Source: the human T2T-CHM13v2.0 reference genome, Homo sapiens. Taken from it: a stretch of DNA of 64,000 nucleotides. Below, piece by piece: positions 52,691-64,000 of the stretch; position 1 is the stretch's first letter; every line of letters starts with the position of its first letter. The stretch lies in NCBI RefSeq assembly GCF_009914755.1, contig NC_060928.1. One strand, written 5' to 3'. A program made the position numbers and the translations under genes. The notes under the pieces were generated by a model. It saw only the letters and a list, made by a program, of their open reading frames with translations. It was not told the DNA's origin and ran no database searches.

Positions 52691-55247
52691 TTATGATTCC
52701 AAGAGTGGTCTTTGGAAAGCTGTTATATCAACATATCTACTACTTCTATGGAACTGCAGATAATATTTTGCCAGTAGACCTGGGGCAGCTGTTGGCCAGA
52801 AAAACCAATTGTTGAGAAGAATAGCTAGACAAAGAGAAGAGGTGAGTGAAGACACACCAGAACTGCCAGGCAACCCTGCATTTGTTCCTCAACATATGTG
52901 ACTACAAAGGACATAGAGTACTGCTTGCTACTTTACTTCTTTCCTTTGAAATTCCATGCAAACTCCTCTCTGGCCTAATCTAACCTGAGGCTACATAGAC
53001 AAGGAGATTTGGGGAAATACAAGTCCCCGTTTAACTAAATTGACAAAGTACAATCTAGAATTTGTTCATATTTTGTTAAGTTAGTATTTATATAAACTGT
53101 CATAATCATAGTTACTTACAAATAATGACAGCAGAAAATCATGCTTCCTAATATGATGGAACCATCATGAAGGGCCCAAAACATGCTAACTTTTGTCATA
53201 ATTGAGTATTTACCAAATACATATGGTAAGCCAACATTAAGCACCATCCTTGTAGTTATGGACATTTTGTTCGTTGGGTAATGGCAAGGGTAGCTAGTTG
53301 ACAGTTGTAGATTAGAGCGTTTTGTTCATCTAATTACTAAGATCTCCCTTTACTGAGGTTGATAATTGGCAAGTATTCATATGAGACACAGATAATCTCA
53401 CACCTCTCCCCCAAACTTTCTTGTAATCAGTATTATAATTCTGTTTATTCTGAAATTCTAATCATCTAGCCAAATTATTAGTTATTGTTTGTGAATTTAT
53501 AACAATTCATACTTCAGGTCTTTTTTTCTGAAATAAAGGAACAACAACATAAACTTCTCAAGGTCTATGCTCCCTTTGGAAGAGTTTTTACTCACCACTG
53601 TTCTTTAACATTACCTAGGACTGGAACAGTACTGATACAGCTGTCTGCTTTTGGGTATACATGTTGCATATAACAATTTGGAGACTGTTACTGAATTCTT
53701 GCTAAATTTCCATGAGTGTATAGTACAAATTGAGAGATGAAGAAATGTAAAATTAATGACAGCTATGACAATTTCAGCTACACATTTATTCAGCTTACTC
53801 GTACCTCCAGGTCCTCTTCTAGCCTGATATTATGTATACTGCTTCTACATGATGATGGAATTCTTCTGTGTACACTAAAATTTATAAACTGATAGGTCAG
53901 ATAACATCACAGTTCATAATAGGCAGCTCAGTTTTCATAGTAACTTTTGGCCCATGGTTAGGTGGTCAGTCTCTACTAGAGCCTGGTAGCAAGCCAGATG
54001 TTTTTTATAAATACAAAAAAGAAAGAAAATTTGCTTCAGAAGGCAGCAGAGCTTTGCTCCAAAATCCTAAGGGCTTCATACAGTGTCTCTTTTGTCTACT
54101 GATACATCAGTCAACATCAAATCATTTCAGTCATATAGCCTAAGTGTTGGAGTAGCTTGCACCTGTTAAAGAGAATTCTTTTCCTCTGAGTTCCATTCAA
54201 AACTGTTAGCCTTTCATTTTACTCAAGAAATGAGTGGAATAACAAGGGAAAATTAGGTATAGTTTGACTCCAAGGTCTAAAGAGGCCCACCAGGCTTTGT
54301 ATTTCTCTCTAAATTGTAGGAGTGGCCAGATGCAGATCTCTTTGAATGGATGTTTTCACAAACACTGGAAAACTAGACTGTTACAAATTTAATTGAGGTA
54401 TTGGGGCAATAAATTACAGTGGAATTTATTTTTTCCACCTTTAGCATACACGTACCTTAGCAAGGTATCAGGATCAATCATTACTTCCTACTTATCTAGT
54501 CTATTCAGGATGATATGATCAATAAAGTGGACCAGTGTGATGTTCTGTGGAATGAAGAGGCCATCAAAATTCATGTAGAAAAATTATGAAAGAGGACTGG
54601 AGAATTGATATATCCTTGAGATAGGATCATGAAAGTGTATGAACAACTTCAGTGGTGTTTATTAATACATATAGAAAAAAATTGCTCAAAAGCTGCTTAC
54701 CAGACGACAAGATATGCTTTGATGTGCAATAGCAAATAATCTACATCTGGAAGAGAAGTTGCAACTGGAGCCAACATCTAATCAAATTGCAATAATTCTC
54801 ATATACCCATCAGTCTTTTACACACTCATGATGAGAAAATTGGATGGAAATATGGAAGAAATAATCACTGCTGTGTCTGTCAAGTCTTTGGTGGGGGCAC
54901 TCTTCTCTGCAAGCTCTCCAAGAATGGCATATGTTTTTGGTTTATTGTTTTGGAAAGTGAAGGCAGGAATAGGAACTTCCAGTTTGCCTTTCCTGCCATA
55001 ACTCTCAAGGCCAGAGAATCCATTCAGACATTGCCATTGGCAGGTATTTCTATTACAACTGTGCATTCCAGAAGTGAGAAAATAAAGAGTGGTTTCAAGT
55101 GCCTTTGGGTCCTTTCAGAGAGAGATTCTAGCTAAACTCCATTAATCATCAGATCTTCGTAAGTCCTTAATCTGATTGGTGCAGGATCAGGGCATGTTGC
55201 ATCTCAGGTATTAAGGACAATTCAAGGGCATGTCCACTACTCTCTGA

Positions 55248-55580
<333 letters not shown>

Positions 55581-55754
55581 TAATTCACAGCTACCTCTGG
55601 TAAATGGTCTCAGGTGCTTTGGCAGATGTCTAAGAGTGAGAGTTACAACATAAAATTTTGGAACTTAAGTAGAGTCTTTTCTCAAGGGAACCTGACATCC
55701 CCTTCACTTCAGGATCTCTGATCTGGCTTAATTCTGAGATTTGTGGAGGGATCA

Positions 55755-56191
55755 TTATATAGTTTGGATATTTGTCCTTGCTCAAATCCCATGTTCAATT
55801 GTAATCCCCAATGCTGGAGAAATTCTGGAGATGGGGTCTGATAGGAGGTGTTTGGGTTATGGGGGTGGATCCCTCATGGCTTGGTGCTGTCTTTGAGATA
55901 GTGAGTGAGTTATTGTGAGATCTCGTCATTTAAAAGTGTGTGGCACCCTCCCTCAACCCCCACCACCAGTCTTTCTCTCTATTGCTCCTGCTTTTGCCAT
56001 GTGGCATGTTTGCTCTCCCTTCACCTTCCAGCATGATTGTAAGCTTCCTGAGGTCCCCTAGAAGCCAAGCAGATGCCAGCACCATGCTTCCTGTAAAAAC
56101 TGCAGGTCCATGAGCCAATTAAACCTCTTTTCTTTATAAATTACCTAGCTTCAGGTATTTCTTTATAGCAAGGCAAGGACAGCCTAACACA
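55755..56191 (+). mobile_element. MSTA/MSTB solo LTR
   Basis: atagtttggatatttgtcc...gtaatccccaatgctgg ... gagccaattaaacctcttttctttataaattacc...cctaacaca; 5-bp TSD gatca / gacca. Confidence 0.9.
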
Positions 56192-57849
56192 GACCATGAT
56201 TTTTTATTTTGTTGATTTAATTCAAACTTCTGCTCAGCAAACCTAAGGCACTTCTGCTTACAAAAACCACGTAATAATTTAGTAGGTAGCCCATCTATTT
56301 CAGTCTTAGGGACATCATGATAAATTATCTAATACCAAAGACTCCTCTTTCTCAAAAGTTTTTGATTAACACCTTGGTTCTTCTTATCACTCTTGTCTAT
56401 GGCAGTTAAGTACTGTGCTTGGCCCTTGTTTCTCTGAGATCCAATCATCTCCATTGAGCATTTTTCTACAGCCATTTCTGGCCTGCAGACATGAGCCACT
56501 GCAGAGCTCTGAAGACATCAATGGAGAGGATATAGAAGACTTATTCATGAAGAGGGAAAGGTTAAGAACTGATTAAGGGAAAGACAAGGCAAGTAAATAG
56601 AAATTTAAGCTGGACATGATCATGGTTTAATTTATTAAAACAGAGCATTAGTAGCACAAAGTAACAGTAAGGTAACAAGTGTATTGAGTATGAGTTTTGT
56701 TACAGTCGTTTTTAATATTTCAATGACAAAACACCATGTATCTATACAATTTTTAAAATTATGTTATTGGAATCCAGAACCCATGCTCTTAACCATGACC
56801 TAAAATGTAGAGGAAATAAATGAGCCAGTGTGGAGAGAGCTACAAGAATTCGCTAGTGTCATTGAAAGGACTACCATAAATATCCCCCCAAACTAAATCA
56901 CTGGATATGGTGACAAGTATGACACTATTGGTTGCCAGAGATTTATGGATGCCAAAACAGTGTACCTCTTTCTTTCACTCCTACATGTGTTCTGTCTGAA
57001 GCTGCCCACATATTTGAATATATTCCCAGAAAGAAGATTACTCTTTTGGCTCTAATATGTGGCAGGAAGTGTCACTTGCCTGTTGCCACTTGCCTCTTGC
57101 CATACATTATTTATTACTTGAATTCCTGTTTCTATTTCAAGTTATGTAAGGCAGCCTCGTGTGTCACTATGCTAATATTTAATTTTATATCCTAATGTTC
57201 TGAATATTCATGGTCTGATGTCCTTTATACACTGTAGAAAATCAAACCCATGCTGAACTGGCATAGTCCTCATCAGCCACAATATTAGAGAAATGGGTTG
57301 AAGTGCTCACCACTCCACTAGCTTATGATACAAATATACCTATCAAATATCAGTGTCAAAATTGATTCTGTCTCATTCACTATGTCTTCACGGTGCTTAA
57401 AATGTTGGTTTCATATTCAGTCATTCTATTAATTATGACAAAATGATAAGTGTCAAGTAAAGAGAAAAATTTGAGATTAAAAAACTATTTTGTAATGAAT
57501 AAAGAACTCCCTATATAAACAAGAAAATCCTCTGTCTTTTTTTCTCAACACATTAGAATTAGGGGTTTTATGAGAGTATTAAATCTTTTTACAGTGGCCA
57601 CTATTTTTTATCTTCATCTTGCTGCTGAATTGTTACACATAATTCTGAGTTATTGGCTGGCCACCACTGATCAGTAGAAATCTCCATTTAAACCAAAGGA
57701 AGACGAGGCACAGGAAAAAACGTGAAATAATATAATTTTATTTCCTATTTTGTTTCATATGTCCAAAAGCCTGTTATTTTACCAACGGTCTCCTCTGTGT
57801 GTCTTCTCAGAATGTACTCCTCTGCTCTGGATACCATTCTTTCCTAGGG

Positions 57850-58790
57850 ATCCACAACACTTTTGTTACCTTTTAGCTTCTTTAATGAACCTTTCTGGTC
57901 TATTTCTCATAATTACTTTAAAAAGCCTTAGTTATCATAATTTTGAGATAAACACAATAGCAATAAAAATAACAAAAACAAAAAATAAGCCTTCAAACTC
58001 TCTCTACTGCGCTGTGTCTCTCCTTACATCCAGGTGTGTGCTTTTTAAGAGAGTGGCTCATATTCACTGAGTCAATTTTTCATCTCCCATTGACTCCTCA
58101 ACCTTTTGCCAGCTGGTTAGCCTCACCCAGGGCCATCTCTGCTGAAGCTACTTTGACCACGGTTGCCGTTGACATAATTGATGCAAAGGAAAAGGATAGC
58201 ATTTATTCACCTTGTCCTTGTTACTGGCCTTTCTGCACATTGTCACTGTAGAACATCTTCTAAAGAATGTTAATGATTTTCTTGACATCACTGCCTTCAG
58301 GGTTTGCCTGTTATCTCTTTGGCAGGTTATTCTTTTTATCATTTTCGACCTCTCTCTGAAATGCTGAGTCTTTTCTGTTCTGTGCTGCCCACTCTTTCTT
58401 GATGAATTCATGTATCCTCATTTCTCCTGAAAACTTTTGTGATGATGTCTCCCAAGTATGTTTATAGCCCACTCATGCTCTTGGGTTCTAGTTCAATATG
58501 CACTGTTGCCTGCTGGATTTGAATCAGTCCACAATTTGGTTGGCCCAGAATTAGTCAAAATCAACATGTCTAAAACCGAATTCATCCTCCTACCCCCACC
58601 TGCTTCTTTTCTAGTCAGACTCTACTCGTTTCCTTCCAGTTACCAAAACAGTACATTTTGGGGATCATTCTTAACATTTCTTTTCCTTTCCTTTATTTTA
58701 AAGTGACCCAGTTATATCAGTTATTTCTTTAAAATATTTCTGAAATCCGTAATCCTCACTCAATTCCCAATTCCTTTTTTTGATCATTGT
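57850..58790 (+). mobile_element. L2 remnant
   Basis: aaaatcaacatgtctaaaaccgaattcatc and related pyrimidine-rich L2-type motifs; diverged. Confidence 0.6.
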
Positions 58791-60945
58791 AGCAGCATGA
58801 GAGGAGGAAGACAGTATTGACCTATCTACAGCTATCACATTTTTTAAAAGGATGTTCGCATGCAGAATAGATTTCAAAACCTCTAATGTGTTTTCTCTGC
58901 AGCTGCATATCTCTATATCTTCTGTCAGAATTTGCCACTTGTTGAATCAGGATTTAGTATGGTTACATGTAAGTGAAATCCACCTATAATGACTTATGCA
59001 ATTTTTAAATGTATTTTTCTTATGTAACAATAAACTCTGAGGGAGGCAGTCTAGACTTGATAGTGTGGTGGAAGGAAATAATTTTTTCCTACTCTTGTTA
59101 CTCCTTTCATAATAGGGGGACCTGTCAGGGTAACTCTGGCCTTTGTCATCTCTCTATACCTTTATGTACGCTGCTCCGTGGTGGTGAATGTGACTCACGT
59201 GATGGTTAAATGTGTCTCCTTAACTTTATTGTTCCATGCTTCCCTTCTTGCAAGTCAGCTGCTCATGTGAAGTAGGCAGTCTTCATTGCTCCTCTAAGAG
59301 CAGATTCTTCTCCTACCACACAGAGACACCTTCCCTGGTGTAGCATTGCTTGTAATTGGGTGGAAAATTTAGCTAACTGTGAGGTTTAGTTAGCAAAATC
59401 CTTTGGTTCTCATGTTGAGCCACATAGTCTAACCTAAAATCTATCAATAATAATAATTCCCCCAATCTTGTCTCATTATCTTTTGTTTTATCCCTTAACT
59501 GATTCATAATCCATGGATCCCCCCAAGAACAGCAGCACAGTGAAGAAGCCATCCAGGGCTTAGGCTCTTCCTCCTTGCCCTTCTCTTCAGTGTCAAAATA
59601 TGGTGAATGCATTTCCAGAAAATTCTTTTATGTTTTCATCAAAAAAGAACAGGAAAGTATAACATGAAAATGACACACGACAACTGAACATAACCCTTTT
59701 TATTATGAAAATCCTATCTTGGAAGTCCAATCTAAACCGTGTCTTCATGATCCAGAATTCAGTATATGATTGCTTCTAGCTTCAAGGGAGTGGGAAAGAA
59801 GATTGTACACATTGGTAACCTGAACAAATCAGAACTGCATTAGAAAAAAAACAAAAACCAACAAGAATAAGAGAAGAATAGATAATGTACAGGCAACTCT
59901 CATGCACATGAAATATAAACCTCACCTGCCAAAAATACTGACCCACTCGTAGCTTATTGAAACTCATGAGATATTTTCATCCCTATGTCTCATCATATAA
60001 TTTTTTCTCTTTCTATAAAGTCCATTCTTGCTGCATTTAGTTATCCTTCAAGAGCCAGCCAGGCATTTTCTCTTTCACAAAAGTTACTCTCTCCCAGGCT
60101 AATAGGAGTCTCTACTAAGAGAGTTCTTAACACTCTGTACTTAGGTTTATCTTAGTACCTATCTCACTAAGGTTGCTAAGGTCTATTTTGAGATTTAAGA
60201 ATAGTAATGTTGTTTAAATTTTCATTTTCCTTTCTGTATGCTTAAACCCATATATATGCTCTAAAAATAATAAGATTTATTTAAGAAGTATTCTTCCTAG
60301 ACTGAAAGACCTTAAATCAGAGAATGAATCATAATACTCTTAATCTTTGGTGAATATGAAGCACACACTGGGTAGGACTCACTTGCACCCATTTCAATCA
60401 GGTTAACTGTCTTATAATATGTTTTAAGCTATAATCCCTTAACTTAACAAAGTAAGCTTGAAGGTAAAAATGTCCCTGTCAAATTAATAGGAAATGTAAC
60501 TTGGACGTACCTGACTTTCTGAAGTGCTTAAATTACCTCACATAGAAATCCTCCATTCCAGTTATATATGGAGTCAACATAAAACCTAGGGATTAGATTA
60601 CTGAAGAGACAGGGGGTAGAAAAGAGTGTGTACGTGACAGAGAATAAGAAGCTTGGTAACAGTATACTATTTTTAGTAATATTTTAGGTAATTTCATCTT
60701 CCCATTTTTCACCTTATTTCTCTTGGTATTCTACCTTTTGGACTGTCTCCATCCCCTACTCTGGCTAATAGTTTTGCAAGTTTTGATGAATTAGTTAAGA
60801 TCTCTTTGCCTCAGTTACATTATCTGGGAAGAGGTGATAGTAATACCTGATAAGATTTTTGTGAGTATTAATTGGGTCAGAATATTAAAATGCTAATAAC
60901 AGTACCTTTACAGGCTAAGTGTTTAAACAACATTGGCTAATATAA

Positions 60946-61338
<393 letters not shown>

Positions 61339-62613
61339 TAAAGTGTTTTTTTTTTTTAAGAACTATTATCCACTCTCACTGTATCAGATCAGATAAGTAT
61401 ACCCTATAATAAGTTCACAGAAATTTAATGTCACATGCTGTCTCCAATGTAAAGACAAAACTCAGTCCTAGTTAATTAAGTGTTATGTATATGAGTTTTA
61501 AAATTATCAGAAACATTCTGTTTTGTTTTGTTTTGCCTACTAAAAAGTTTAATAATGTTGCATTTCCAACAAGCAAGATTAGTTCTTTGTATGGATTTAA
61601 ATACTCTGTGGACCTGAGTTTGATACTAAAGGCTTTGCTTCTCAGCTGTGTGTTATTAAGGAAGTCCCTGATCCGTCGTCAATCTTACTTGCAAAACAAG
61701 AATAAATACATCTGCTTTGTTTTCCTAAGGATTTTTTTAGGAATAACTAAAATACATATGTAAAACACCTAGAAAAATTCACGACACAAACTAGGAAATA
61801 ATATGTTTGTAATGTACTAATTCTTACCATAATTAAGCAAGCTTATTGAAAAATTATAAATCACTAGAAATCAACTTATTAACTTAAAATTATAATTATA
61901 GCTTAGAAAACTATTGTTTCAGATCTTCTAGTCACTAAGCTATCTCCTTAAAAAAAATCTCTTTAGAAAAACAAATTTAAATCAGAAGAGTAATTAGTAA
62001 TCCATCTCTGAGAAAGGCAACTTGTTTTAATGGAAAACATTTTAATGAGTGATGCTTTTGTTTACTCAAAAGGGATAAACATTTACTTAAATTTTTACAG
62101 TCTGAGCCCTTAAAAGAGAATAACCATCCCTTGTATCAACTCTTTCTTATTGAAAGTCTTTTCTCTAAGTCCAGACGTCATCATGCATGGGATGACATTG
62201 CAAGAGAAATGTTAGGTTGTGGTTTTAAGATTAGGATTTATGGAAATGAGGGAAAGAAAGTCAAATTGAGTAAAGGAAAAATTTGTGCTCTTTTCTGGTT
62301 CTAAGAACTCTCAAAACATTGCATAGAGAGATCTGGAGCATGAGTTACCCTTAGGATTTGTCCAAATTTAGGCAAAAGAGCCAATCATTTCATGGTCATG
62401 TTAATAAGTCTTTGGATGTGTGCTGTTCTGGGAAGGGCTTGTGACAAATGCTGAGGTGGTGCCCTTCAGCTGAGGCAATTCCCAAAAGGGAGTGACATCT
62501 GAGAAATGCCTGCCCGTTAGAATTCCAGTAGCTGTGTAGTAAGTCCTTCATTCTCTAAGGCTTCAGAGTTGTGCAGTACAGCATCTATCACACACAACGA
62601 TCATGACAGATAA

Positions 62614-63004
62614 TGTTTATCTGGTCTGTTTATGCTGCTGTAACAAAATACCTGAGATGAGTTAATTCATAAATAACAGAAATTTATTTTCTTGAAATTC
62701 CTGAGAGTGAGAAGTCCAAGATCAAGACGCAAGCAGGTTTGATTGTCAGGTGAGAACTGCTTTCTACTTCAAAGATGGCACACTTTTACTGCATCCACCA
62801 AAGCATGGAAGACACTGTGTCCTCACATGGCACCAAGAGGAAAGACAAGCCAACCACAAGCTGCTTGAAGCCTCTTTCATAAGGGTTTAATCCCATTCAC
62901 AAGGGAGAACCCTTATGTCCTAATCGTCTTTTAAAGGCCTTACGTTTTCATGCTATCACATTACAACACCTGAATTTTGGAGGGAACACATTCACACCAT
63001 AGCA
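62614..63004 (-). mobile_element. MaLR solo LTR (MSTC/MSTD-like)
   Basis: tgctgctgtaacaaaatacctgaga...gaagtccaagatcaag ... tgaattttggagggaacacattcacaccatagca. Confidence 0.8.
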
Positions 63005-64000
63005 ATGGTAAAATACTTTTCTACTTAGTAAATTCCACTTAAACCACATAGAGCCCCCATCGTAACAGCCCTCCTAGATATAATATCTTTACTAGAACTG
63101 ATAAACACAGGCTTTGGCTCTAGTAATGCATTAATAATCTATTCTGTTCTTTAATCCTCATATATAAATAGTGTCCAAAATGGTTTGTATTTACATGGGA
63201 AGAAGAGAAGTTTGCATTATCATCTAGCCCCAGGTCTTAGATAATTCCCCTACTACTTATTAAACTTTAATCTGAAAGTACCTTGATAATGGTGACATGA
63301 CCTATAATACCTAGTATGCCAATGACATCAATTATTGACTCTCTTTACACACACACATGTAAAATTATTTAATGAATGGCAAACCACTGTGGAATTCATA
63401 AGAAATATTTAATACATATTATGCGTGTGCTAACTAGGAAAAAATTTGCTGCCTATTTTATTATTTATCATTCTTTTACTTATCAGTGTATTTATGCTTG
63501 GTGAATATGCCTTTCTGTTGCTTTTGATTTACTATTATCCAAAATTTAAGGCATAAAAAGTAGTGTGAAGAAAATGTGAGAAAAATAATGTCATTTTACA
63601 TCCAGCTTTGTCTGACGAAAAAAAGGTTAGTAAGTACAGTGTGTGTAGACCTAGAATAGTAGTATATATTTCATTGTGATTTTGTGAAAATTAGTTTTCT
63701 CTAACTTTCTTTGGATTTTTAAAAATATTATGTTATCTAAGTTTCCCAGTATAGGCTAGTTAGCTAAAGTCAATGGAAGACAAATGACCAGGTAAACAAA
63801 TATATACTTCAAAGTTTCTCTAAAGTATGGTAAGATTGTATGTGAAATATTTCAGGTTTTAAATATATTGACTTGCAGTGTTTTAAAATATATGATCATG
63901 ACTTTACAAAATGAAGTTTTCACATTTTATATGAATAATTCCAAGTAGTTTTAATTTTATAACATATTCAAATGCAAGTTATTGATGTTTCTTTCTGAAG

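Overview
Primate (almost certainly human or great-ape) AT-rich, gene-poor genomic DNA, made up mostly of interspersed repeats: about 12 Alus, a near-full-length old L1 with nested insertions, MaLR/ERVL/ERV1 LTRs, an ERVL pol remnant and DNA-transposon fossils. The only gene-derived sequence is an intronless ~3.95-kb processed copy of EXOC5 (exocyst Sec10) at 37834-41777 (+). It has a 13-bp TSD, a TT/AAAA insertion site, a poly(A) signal and a tail, and is probably the locus annotated as EXOC5P1 (from memory, not verified). All three disabling lesions lie in the 5' part of the CDS, so a 346-codon ATG-initiated C-terminal ORF stays open, and the copied 5' UTR has kept a dense CpG cluster. The best candidate for something undescribed is the regulatory layout around this copy. 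A divergent pair of MLT2A solo LTRs, each with DUX4-like motifs and a splice donor, brackets an inverted AluY pair; one LTR points into an L1 5' end and the other points toward the retrocopy in sense. An LTR12 downstream points at the retrocopy in antisense. These are hypotheses from sequence alone; no expression can be seen here. Repeat subfamily names and comparisons to EXOC5 come from remembered consensus sequences and need confirmation by alignment.
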